Shown here piece after piece: positions 1 to 7,633 of a stretch of DNA of 32,000 nt (the first letter of the stretch is position 1; each line of letters starts with the position of its first letter). The DNA is from Ignavibacteriota bacterium (lineage in GTDB: Bacteria > Bacteroidota > Ignavibacteria > UBA10030 > UBA6906): NCBI GenBank assembly GCA_963801355.1, contig CAWDEM010000004.1, positions 495,103 to 527,102 of the forward strand. Reading direction: 5' to 3'. The position numbers were made by a program, and so were the translations under genes. The notes under the pieces were generated by a model. The model was not told where the DNA came from. It worked only from the letters and a program-made list of their open reading frames with translations, and made no database searches.

Positions 1-2361
1 GAGCCTATGAGCTTGCTGGAGTTGCTTCTCGGGGAACTTCGCCTTCTGGAGCTTGATGCGGAGGTCGTTGAGGACGTCCGTGCGCCACTGCTTGGGCCGC
101 TTTAGCAGGACGTTGATGGCCTCTATGTGCTCGGGGTTTTCCTTGACGAACCGCGCGAATGACTCCAGGTAGTCCTCTGGCTTCTGGCCCATGACGAGCT
201 TCTCGGAGGAAACCTCGTCCACCTGCTCAGGAGCCACAAGGAAGCTGCGCCTCGCCCGCTGGTAGTCCACCAGCAGATCCTGGAAATCCTTGTCGCGCAG
301 GATTTTCACGGTGTCAGCAAAATCCTTCTTCAGATGCTGTGGCAGTCCCCCAGCGAACCTGCCCATGTCGCCATCGGGAATGTACGCGGCGAAATCTTGC
401 CGCGCCTCCGCGCTCATGTCACGGTCAATGCGCCTGAGCCGTTTGACCAGAACCTTGGTGTAGTATTCCCTGTCCACGTTCTGGTAGATGTTCTCAATGA
501 CCAGGGCGATCGACAGGGGCTCAGCTTGAGCAAGCTCAACGGGGAAGTCGGTGGTGCCCTTGAAGTAGTCGATCAGCGTACCGTCGAAGCAGTCGAAGAT
601 GGTGAAGGCCTCCTTGCCTATGTCTGTGCAGAGCCGCGTGCCACGGCCAAGCATCTGCACCCACAGGATGCGAGACTTCACTGGGCGCATGAACACGATG
701 AACTCCAGGCTGGGGATATCGACTCCTGTGCTCAACATGTCCACGGTGACCACTACCTTTGGCTCAGGCCTGTTGCGAAACTCCCGTATGCGCTGGAGTG
801 GGCGGTCAACGCTGGGGCTCCCCGTGATCTTCTGTACGAACGCGTCCCTCTGCCCGAACTCCTCGCGGCAGATAGCGACGATCTGGTCAGCATGAGAGGT
901 GTGGGCAAGGTCATTCACCGCAAAGATGAGCGTCTTTGGGAACCTGCCGTTGCGCTCTTGGTGTTCGCGGGCATACTTGGCGACTTCCTTGATGACCTTC
1001 CTGTTTGTGTCAGGAACGGTGATGCGGCGCTCTATGTCCTCGGCAGCATACTGCCTCTCGTCCTCAAGCTGGTCAAAGAGTTTCTCGCCCGTGTCCGTGT
1101 TGACCAGCGTAACGTGTTCGCCTTCCTTCAGGAACGCCCCTTGCATCAGTACACCTGACTTGATCTTGACGGCGTCGTAGTCCACCAGATAGCCATCCTG
1201 TATGGCTTGCTCTGTGGTGTAGCGGTACACAACCTCCCTGAAGAGCGACAACGAGTGGGCAGCGGGGGTCGCCGTGAGCCCCACTTTGACGGCGTCGAAG
1301 TAGTCCATCACCTGACGCCAGATGGCCGTCTCGCTGGATGTGTAGCCACGGTGGCACTCATCGGCGATGATCAGGTCGAAGGCGTGGTTGGGGATGTCGA
1401 GCTTGGTGGTGTCTTCCTCATAGTCGGGGTCGCTGGCGTCCTGCTTGAACGCATTCTCCCACCCGAACAGGTTTATGGTCATCCGCTGTATCGTGGAGAC
1501 GTACACGAACGTGTGGTTGGGCTGAGGGTCGGTCAGGTATTTGTTGGGCAGGACCTTGGGGTCAAACACTTCGTCCTCGTCCAAGTCACCCTTGTAGAAG
1601 CGCTGGCTGTAGACCTCGTACTCCTTGTCGAACTTGCTGCCGCGTGGCGTGTTGAATGACGCGAACTCACGGACGGCCTGTGCTGCCAGCGCCCTACGGT
1701 CCACGAGGAAGAGCACACGGCGAAAGAGCTTCATCTCAAGGAGGCGGTAGATCTGGGCGACCGTGAGGTAGGTCTTGCCTGTGCCTGTGGCCATTGCGAC
1801 AAGCATGTGACGCTTGCCATCGCAGATGGCCCTCTCGATGGCCCTGACGGCTTTCTCTTGGTAGGGGCGCATGTATGGGAAGGGCGGAGGCTCATTCACC
1901 TTATCGGTGAACTGGTGGAGCCCAGCAGCGAAGAACTCATCGAGGGCGGAGGGCGTGTGGAAGTTGGAAATCTCCCTGGATCTGCTGTTCTCAGGACGCA
2001 CATCCACGAAGTACATCACCTCGCCGTTCGTCGCGTACAGGAAAGGCACGCGATAGCCGCTCCAGTTCCCTGCTGCACCGTCCCTGACGCCCCTGGAATA
2101 GCGTTTGGCCTGCTCCAGGACGTTCTGAGGGCCTACGGCTACTTTCTTCGCTTCGATGATGCCCAGGAGCTGTCCTTGAACGAACAGGGCATAATCAGCG
2201 GGGCCATTGTCGGTGGGATACTCCTCCACAGCATGATGGCTGAGTGACGATCTCTTGAGTCCTGGGTGGTGGCGCACAATTACCCACGGCTGCGGGAGGG
2301 AAGTCAACCTGGTGTTGATCCGCTCCCTACGAGTTTTCCACTCTGGCTCTGATAACGTCAA
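1..2361 (-). CDS. hsdR: Type I restriction enzyme R subunit (HsdR-like SF2 helicase/nuclease). The C-terminus runs off the window start, so the gene is absent from the ORF track.
   Basis: Hand translation of the reverse strand (codons starting at positions divisible by 3) gives four diagnostic stretches. N-terminal: 'EYPTDNGPADYALFVQGQLLGIIEAKKVAVGPQNVLEQAKR' (about 2225-2100). Walker A: 'VAMATGTGKTYLTVAQIYRL' (1800-1741). Motif II: 'FDLIIADECHRGY' (1380-1342). C-terminal region, EcoEI_R_C-like by recollection: 'AINVLLKRPKQWRTDVLNDLRIKLQKAKFPEKQLQQAHRL' (120-1). An in-frame upstream stop lies at 2379-2377 and no ATG follows it, so the start is probably TTG 2361 or CTG 2367. The plus-strand ORFs 334-1158, 1207-1659 and 1807-2247 share one frame and are its antisense shadow. 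I did not translate every codon. Confidence 0.85.
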   Translation of the reverse strand, partial: MTLSEPEWKTRRERINTRLTSLPQPWVIVRHHPGLKRSSLSHHAVEEYPTDNGPADYALFVQGQLLGIIEAKKVAVGPQNVLEQAKRYSRGVRDGAAGNWSGYRVPFLYATNGEVMYFVDVRPENSRSREISNFHTPSALDEFFAAGLHQFTDKVNEPPPFPYMRPYQEKAVRAIERAICDGKRHMLVAMATGTGKTYLTVAQIYRLLEMKLFRRVLFLVDRRALAAQAVREFASFNTPRGSKFDKEYEVYSQRFYKGDLDEDEVFDPKVLPNKYLTDPQPNHTFVYVSTIQRMTINLFGWENAFKQDASDPDYEEDTTKLDIPNHAFDLIIADECHRGYTSSETAIWRQVMDYFDAVKVGLTATPAAHSLSLFREVVYRYTTEQAIQDGYLVDYDAVKIKSGVLMQGAFLKEGEHVTLVNTDTGEKLFDQLEDERQYAAEDIERRITVPDTNRKVIKEVAKYAREHQERNGRFPKTLIFAVNDLAHTSHADQIVAICREEFGQRDAFVQKITGSPSVDRPLQRIREFRNRPEPKVVVTVDMLSTGVDIPSLEFIVFMRPVKSRILWVQMLGRGTRLCTDIGKEAFTIFDCFDGTLIDYFKGTTDFPVELAQAEPLSIALVIENIYQNVDREYYTKVLVKRLRRIDRDMSAEARQDFAAYIPDGDMGRFAGGLPQHLKKDFADTVKILRDKDFQDLLVDYQRARRSFLVAPEQVDEVSSEKLVMGQKPEDYLESFARFVKENPEHIEAINVLLKRPKQWRTDVLNDLRIKLQKAKFPEKQLQQAHRL

Positions 2362-2604
2362 TGTCAGATCCCGTTGCTACGGCGTGCAGTAGCAGAGGCC
2401 GCAGGGTATGGAAGAAAGTGCGTTCAGAGGTCGTGCTTCGAGTAAGTGGTTGTTGCAGACCACGAGTGTGGCCAACTGACTCGTGAATGTCTCCTTGCTC
2501 GTTGAGCAAACCGCGGCCCTAATACGTATGCGGCCTGTCCAGTTCTTCTCTCTCTCAGGTGTTCAAACGTCGTCATTCGTTGGGCGATGTTGCTGAAGAA
2601 AAAG

Positions 2605-3285
2605 TTACCTACTAAGATCCTCAGCTTCTGCTTGCTCTGTGTGATATAGCTTGAGCTCGGTATTGAGAATAGACTCAGCAACATGATAGCTGCTGGGGAT
2701 TGGAAGGCTCGACCCAATGCCATTCACGTGAAAGAGGGGGAACCAGCCATCCCCTCCTTCGGCAAAACTCCGAACAATGAGATAGCCGCGATTGTCGATC
2801 TCCCGTCGGAAATGCAAGACCAATGCGACATATGGAGTAGCCCATTGGGGTTTCATCTGGAACAGAGATACAGAATGCCATTTTTCAAGCAAGACGCGTG
2901 CAGAGTCTCCTCTGGAAATGCAGTCCCGTTCAAATATTGGGTGATTGAACATGCTTCGAAGACGCGGCGACGATGTCGAGTCAAAGAAATAGAGCGCAAG
3001 CTCGATTCGTACCGCTTTGAGGTTTGTGACTCCTTCATTCTTCACCCACAGAGTATCATTTCGAAGAACCAGTTCTACACCTGGATCTACCGAGGCTGCA
3101 AGTTGATCGCGGGCAATGGAGATCCAAGACCAGTTGACCCACAACAGCACCACGGTGGCGAGGCCCATTATTACAGATGCTATTGAGTAGACACGAGTCC
3201 ACTTGACCAAACCAAGTTGGTGCTTCTCTTCATTCTGCATCTGCTTGAGAACCCGCAAATTCCGACTGTTCATGTGAGTCTCCAT
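2605..3285 (-). CDS. Hypothetical membrane-anchored protein with a single N-terminal TM helix
   Basis: 226-aa ORF with a hydrophobic helix 'VYSIASVIMGLATVVLLWVNWSWI'. It is longer and more protein-like than the antisense ORF 2683-3186. It is co-directional with the HNH gene and hsdR. No family was recognised. Confidence 0.55.
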   Translation of the reverse strand: METHMNSRNLRVLKQMQNEEKHQLGLVKWTRVYSIASVIMGLATVVLLWVNWSWISIARDQLAASVDPGVELVLRNDTLWVKNEGVTNLKAVRIELALYFFDSTSSPRLRSMFNHPIFERDCISRGDSARVLLEKWHSVSLFQMKPQWATPYVALVLHFRREIDNRGYLIVRSFAEGGDGWFPLFHVNGIGSSLPIPSSYHVAESILNTELKLYHTEQAEAEDLSR

Positions 3286-3384
3286 GGTGGCAGACGGTCG
3301 AAGTCACCTTTCGCTGGGAACTATCTGCCTGAAACGGTGTCAGCTACGACTCGAAAAGAGGTTGACTGTTTCACCATCCAGCTC

Positions 3385-4314
3385 CTATTTCAAGAAGCGA
3401 TTGTCGTTGTGCCATTGAAGATTCTGCGCAGAAGGCACAGGTATCCCAACTCTCGGGTCGCGCACGCGTGAGCCATGGAGTGCATAGTAGTCATGACCGT
3501 TCTCATACTCCTCGCGGATGCGCTTGCTGACCTCCACATGACGATCGGGTGTCACAGTGAGGTAGCCACGATCAAAGAGCGTGTGGAGGTCGCTGCGGAG
3601 CAGAAGTCCGTTGTCAAGCTGATGGAGACCGCCCTCGGCGTATGGACGTACGTGAGCTGTTTCAAGGACGGGGAGGACCCGTTCACCGCAGATTGCACAC
3701 CTGCGTTCATAGGCGTCAGTAACAACAATTCGAAACGCGCCCTGACCCAGTCTCGGCTGTATGATCGTCGGAGGGCCGTAGCGTGCGGCGGGCTCGGCAA
3801 CCAGCGAGGGGTCCAGAGGGTTCCAGTGAGACAACTGCAGCTGCCGTATCACCGCAGTGTACATTGAAAGGCCTGGTTCCTGAGTGACGTCATATCGACG
3901 CCCCTGCTGAGTAGGTGCTTTCCAGTCGGCTGGGGTTGATACCCAATACTGTTCCTCAAGAAAGAAGGGCTGGACAAGGACAATACAGCCGATGGTGTAG
4001 TCCTCGTGAGGCAACGCTGGCTGCCTGCGATACTTCTCGATGCGCCTCCGCATCTCCTGAAGCGATGTAGCGCCATTGCCGATGCCAAATGAGCTCCAAG
4101 CCAGACTGACAGGGAGAAGCGAAGAATGTGCAAAGATGCCGCCACCGATGATGACGTTCTTACGGTGGGGCTTGAACAGGAATAGCTCGCCCTCTGTGAT
4201 GGCCTTGAACTGACGGGTGCCCCCAGGCTGCCAGAAGTTCACCTCTTCAATCCCTGGCTGAGCGGCCAGGAGGTCAAACCAGTCGGAGTCTGTTATTCCG
4301 ACAAATGCGTTCAT
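3385..4314 (-). CDS. HNH_2-family endonuclease with an unassigned N-terminal domain (possible type IV, modification-dependent restriction enzyme)
   Basis: 309-aa ORF. The C-terminal half carries 'RLGQGAFRIVVTDAYERRCAICGERVLPVLETAHVRPYAEGG...NGLLLRSDLHTLFDRGYLTV', the GQGxFR / CxxC / AH..P / N..L pattern I recall for Pfam HNH_2. The N-terminal about 190 aa ('FWQPGGTRQFKAITEGELFLFKPH') is unassigned, and a PUA/EVE-like reader domain is only a guess. Confidence 0.75.
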   Translation of the reverse strand: MNAFVGITDSDWFDLLAAQPGIEEVNFWQPGGTRQFKAITEGELFLFKPHRKNVIIGGGIFAHSSLLPVSLAWSSFGIGNGATSLQEMRRRIEKYRRQPALPHEDYTIGCIVLVQPFFLEEQYWVSTPADWKAPTQQGRRYDVTQEPGLSMYTAVIRQLQLSHWNPLDPSLVAEPAARYGPPTIIQPRLGQGAFRIVVTDAYERRCAICGERVLPVLETAHVRPYAEGGLHQLDNGLLLRSDLHTLFDRGYLTVTPDRHVEVSKRIREEYENGHDYYALHGSRVRDPRVGIPVPSAQNLQWHNDNRFLK

Positions 4315-4783
4315 GGACCGTCTCGCAAGCTACATGGGCTCTCTCTTGCATTGCTGAGCTCATGTGAAGCTGAGTGGGGCACAGAACGGATCTGCCTGGG
4401 CTTCATTGAAGCATGGTCGAGAGGCGTTTTCCCCCAGCACTCTGGACAATGTACCCCGTCTCAACGACTTATGCAAGAACGTGGAGGTACACACAGCGGT
4501 TGTGTCTGCGATGCCCGTCGGATCTTCTGACTGTCCCACCTGCGACTGTCGTCATATTGACTATGTCGAAGTGGTGCACTACATTCACTTCGAATGAATA
4601 CGTTCTCGGGGTGGGGACGTGTTGGAGAAACGTGCTGAAGCCTCTTCGTCCGATGGATGGGGAGGCTTTGTCATTTGATCTGCACGCATAGAACTCCACA
4701 ATGAATGCGGGCAAGTGCAATTTCTTGCGGCCCGATAAGCGGCCATCTGACGGCGCATACGAACTGAGGAAATAGGTCTCTCA

Positions 4784-5242
4784 ATGGATATGTTGAGGAG
4801 ATTCCATATGAGAATCATGATGGGGGTATTGTGTTGCTCGATCTTCACTCTCGGGTGCGCGGATACTGGGGTAGAGCCAGGGCCGTCTACGCTGCCAATT
4901 CCGAGGTCCGCTCCTGAAGCCCAGCGACTCATACTCGGTCGTTGGGAATGGGTCGAGAGCAGTGTCAAGTTCCACGCTCCAACGTTTACTCCCGCTATGA
5001 TTGGTCACACCGAAGCAATGGTCTTCGCAAAAGATGGAATCTCCCGCACGTATAGAGATGGCCAAATCACAATGATACAACGCTACAGGATCGTTCCTAC
5101 TGGGCGGGAGTACATGCTTGAGTTGGACAGCTTGGGCCACATGTCTGATTTCCGAATATATGGGAACTATTTTTGCTGGGACAATCGGATATGGGATGGC
5201 ATCTACAGTCTCTACAAACGGACAAGTAGTTGGGAGTACTAA
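4784..5242 (+). CDS. Hypothetical lipoprotein
   Basis: 152-aa ORF with a signal peptide and lipobox 'GVLCCSIFTLGC|ADTG'. The real start may be the internal Met at 4808. No family was recognised. Confidence 0.55.
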   Translation: MDMLRRFHMRIMMGVLCCSIFTLGCADTGVEPGPSTLPIPRSAPEAQRLILGRWEWVESSVKFHAPTFTPAMIGHTEAMVFAKDGISRTYRDGQITMIQRYRIVPTGREYMLELDSLGHMSDFRIYGNYFCWDNRIWDGIYSLYKRTSSWEY

Positions 5243-5380
5243 GTATCAGGCGCGGATAGTTAACTGCACCCGACGCCGTGCATTGGCTGAAGGTGAATTC
5301 TTGTTCGCGGTGCAGTTGAACCTCGTCGTTAGGCTGCACTCCGTTTCCACAATGTTTGCCAAAGAACTCCGAGTAATCGC

Positions 5381-6217
5381 ATGAACGACAAACATAACAT
5401 GCTTGCCATACCTCGAATGCAAGCCAGCTCAATGATCGAGGAAAGAATTACCAAAGGGAGTGAAATCCGCTTGAAGTCCGTTGATGGCGCTACTGGCCTA
5501 GTTCAGCTGAAGTCTGAATGGTATTCTTGGGATGAATATAACCGCGAGATGCTACGACAGATGTTTACGACCTCTGAGATAGCGGACGAATATAGTGCCT
5601 CGGGTGGCTTTTTCATAGCTGGTGACTACTCCTTCTCCAAAGAGGTAAATGATTTCTACAATGACATAGACAACGATCTTCGCAAGCTATCGTCAATAAG
5701 AGACCGTCTTGAATTGATACCTATGGTTCCTACTGTTTCACTTCAAGGATCGACTAACATGGCTGCCTCTACAATTGATAAATCTGTCTTCATCGTGCAT
5801 GGTCATGACGAAGCCGCACTTCACACGGTGGCTCGGTTTATTGAGCGTCTTGCCTTAGACCCTGTCGTTCTCCACGAAAAGCCCTCGAAGGGACGTACAA
5901 TTGTGGAGAAGCTTGAAGCTCATTCACATGTAAGATTCGCCGTTGTGTTGCTCACTTCTGATGATGTCGGTGGTGTTGACCAAAAACATCTCAAACCCCG
6001 AGCTCGTCAAAATGTAGTCCTAGAATTGGGTTTCTTCCTAGCACGGCTTGGGCGAGAAAATGTCATTGCCCTTTACAAGGGGGAACTTGAAATGCCTTCC
6101 GATTACATGGGTGTAGTCTATGTCCCCTTCGATGCGGCTGGTGCTTGGAAGTTGACTCTTGCCAGGGAACTCAAAGCCGCTGGGATCGATGTTGATATGA
6201 ATAGAGCAATCACATAG
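5381..6217 (+). CDS. TIR-like nucleotide-binding protein (COG4271 / Cap12- or Pycsar-TIR-like effector domain) with an unassigned N-terminal domain
   Basis: 278-aa ORF. The C-terminal about 140 aa read 'VFIVHGHDEAALHTVARFIERLALDPVVLHEKPSKGRTIVEKLE...FAVVLLTSDDVG...ARQNVVLELGFFLARLGRENVIALYKGELEMPSDYMGVVYV'. This matches my recollection of the TIR-like family (Pfam PF10137). Confidence 0.7.
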   Translation: MNDKHNMLAIPRMQASSMIEERITKGSEIRLKSVDGATGLVQLKSEWYSWDEYNREMLRQMFTTSEIADEYSASGGFFIAGDYSFSKEVNDFYNDIDNDLRKLSSIRDRLELIPMVPTVSLQGSTNMAASTIDKSVFIVHGHDEAALHTVARFIERLALDPVVLHEKPSKGRTIVEKLEAHSHVRFAVVLLTSDDVGGVDQKHLKPRARQNVVLELGFFLARLGRENVIALYKGELEMPSDYMGVVYVPFDAAGAWKLTLARELKAAGIDVDMNRAIT

Positions 6218-6434
6218 CAATGCGCTCTAACCCGCGGCTGCACCTGACGCCGCGTAGGGAGAAAACCGTGACAGGGACTTCTGAACGAGGTCGGATGTTA
6301 AATGATTTGCGATTGTAATTCCTCTCAAGTATCTTGAAACACAATCAACGAGGGCAGCTGCAACCAGGTAGCACGCCATCTGCGTCGTCATTCGAAAAGT
6401 GGTGAAATGAAGTTGGATTGTTGAACTCGGGGCA

Positions 6435-6482
6435 TTTGGGACCAAGAAGTCGCAGGTTCAAATCCTGTCGCCCCGACGAAAA
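6435..6482 (+). repeat. Direct repeat copy 1: tRNA-Pro(UGG)-like 3' half (anticodon loop, variable loop, T arm, acceptor 3' strand). It is not a complete tRNA.
   Basis: 'tttgggaccaagaagtcgcaggttcaaatcctgtcgccccgacgaaaa' is identical to 27111-27158. It parses as anticodon loop TTTGGGA, stem CCAAG, variable AAGTC, T arm GCAGG-TTCAAAT-CCTGT, acceptor CGCCCCG and discriminator A. No D arm or matching 5' acceptor strand (CGGGGCG) lies upstream. Confidence 0.8.
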
Positions 6483-6496
6483 GAAACGGTTTTGAA

Positions 6497-6537
6497 GAGC
6501 GCCTTCCAAACAAGGAAGGCGCTCGTTTTTTCTTCTT
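6497..6537 (+). terminator. Rho-independent terminator immediately after repeat copy 1
   Basis: Perfect 11-bp stem GAGCGCCTTCC (6497-6507), loop aaacaa, then GGAAGGCGCTC (6514-6524), followed by GTTTTTTCTTCTT. Confidence 0.75.
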
Positions 6538-7289
6538 GACTTCCCCTCAAGCACGAGCGCTTCTTCCACGCGTGTCCCTCCCAAAGGCCATCCAAGCCAG
6601 AACTGCACTCTGAACCATTCGGATATTGACCCAGGGCAATAACAAGGATTTCAATGTGCATTCACTACTTTGTACGAGAGTGGAGTTTTGACGAGGGACA
6701 GACTGTTCATATTTGATTTTGGTCTTGAAACGCCGTACTTTCGCGGAGGGCTAAGATGAGTTGTCTGTAGAAGGATCGGGCCCGTGCACACGATGGATTC
6801 AAGGTGAACCGCCTCCAATTCTGGGCAGGTGAAGCCGTGAAAACTCTACCTACCACGTCACGAAAAAGTCGGACGGCAGGTTATCAGGGCTTTCAATGTT
6901 GAAGGGGCGGCACGAGGATCATCCAATCCACGTGGTTCCATCACTCCCCATATGTGCGGTCAAGCAGCACACTCGAACTCTTAACCTGATGTGGTCTTGA
7001 CCGTCTCAGTGGATCCAACCAGTTCTTTCACTCAAGGCAGATCTCCTTATTGCGCCTGGCCATGTGATGTTCTTGTGCACGACCCAGGCAGGAGGGATCC
7101 ATACTGAATGTTTCCGAGGTTGTATAGCGTCACGATGAGCAACCTGAAGCTGAGAGTGGAGTTCTCGGGATAGCTACTGTTCCCCTGTAGTCGATTCCTA
7201 TCTTGAACAGTTCGGATTCTGCAAAGCCGTTCGAAACACAAGAGAGAAAAGCGTTCCATCGGCACACACCAACCACGGAGGAACCTCCT

Positions 7290-7562
7290 ATGTTTGGACT
7301 TGGGAAAAAGAAGCAACCCCAGCGCATCGAAATGCCCGACGTCGCTGCCGAGTACGCCTACGTTCAACAATTGACTTGCGAGAGTTGCCACGGTCCGACT
7401 TCTTCACAACGAACAGGAGGTTCAGGTCCTGAAGACGGACACATGATCGATCACTGGCTGATCACGTGTAAGCGGTGCGGCAAGACTCGGCAGGTCGATC
7501 TAAGTGTCCCTGAAATGGACATTTCCGCGCTGCTCGGTTCGCTGGGAAAGAAGAACGACTAG
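7290..7562 (+). CDS. Small Zn-ribbon protein (about 90 aa), first gene of the operon
   Basis: ATG 7290 is preceded by GGAGG (7277-7281, 8-nt spacing). The ORF-track start 7203 is less likely. The two CxxC knuckles are 'LTCESCHG' (7377..) and 'ITCKRCGKTRQVDLS'. The second knuckle resembles those at the C-termini of the WD40 proteins downstream. Confidence 0.6.
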   Translation: MFGLGKKKQPQRIEMPDVAAEYAYVQQLTCESCHGPTSSQRTGGSGPEDGHMIDHWLITCKRCGKTRQVDLSVPEMDISALLGSLGKKND

Positions 7563-7633
7563 CCGCACACGGACTCAACAAGACGTTAGTCCTTACGGTC
7601 ACTTGAGGTCCCCGCAGAACACCCCCACGGAGA

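Noticed and set aside
334-2247. Three plus-strand ORFs (334-1158, 1207-1659, 1807-2247), all in one frame, which could be read as a disrupted plus-strand gene
   Set aside because: Their translations are low-complexity and rich in R, A, G, V and L. The opposite strand encodes textbook HsdR motifs (MATGTGKT, DECH, ADYALF...IIEAKK). They are therefore the antisense shadow of a minus-strand gene that the ORF track omits because its stop lies outside the window.
6380-6482. A complete tRNA-Pro gene ending at about 6478, and likewise at about 27157
   Set aside because: Only the anticodon loop through the acceptor 3' strand is present. The upstream sequence has no CGGGGCG acceptor strand, no D arm and no complementary anticodon-stem strand at either copy. 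'tcggggc' at 6427-6433 can pair with 'gccccga', but the spacing is wrong for a tRNA. I called these repeats, or att-like tRNA fragments, instead.
7277-7288. GGAGGAACCTCC, a possible RBS-sequestering hairpin upstream of the first operon gene
   Set aside because: The 5-bp arms are separated by only 2 nt, which is too short a loop to form a stable hairpin. It is most simply just the Shine-Dalgarno sequence.
7203-7289. A longer form of the small Zn-ribbon protein starting at 7203
   Set aside because: The internal ATG 7290 has a strong GGAGG Shine-Dalgarno at the correct spacing, whereas 7203 has none. The extra 29 residues are low-complexity.
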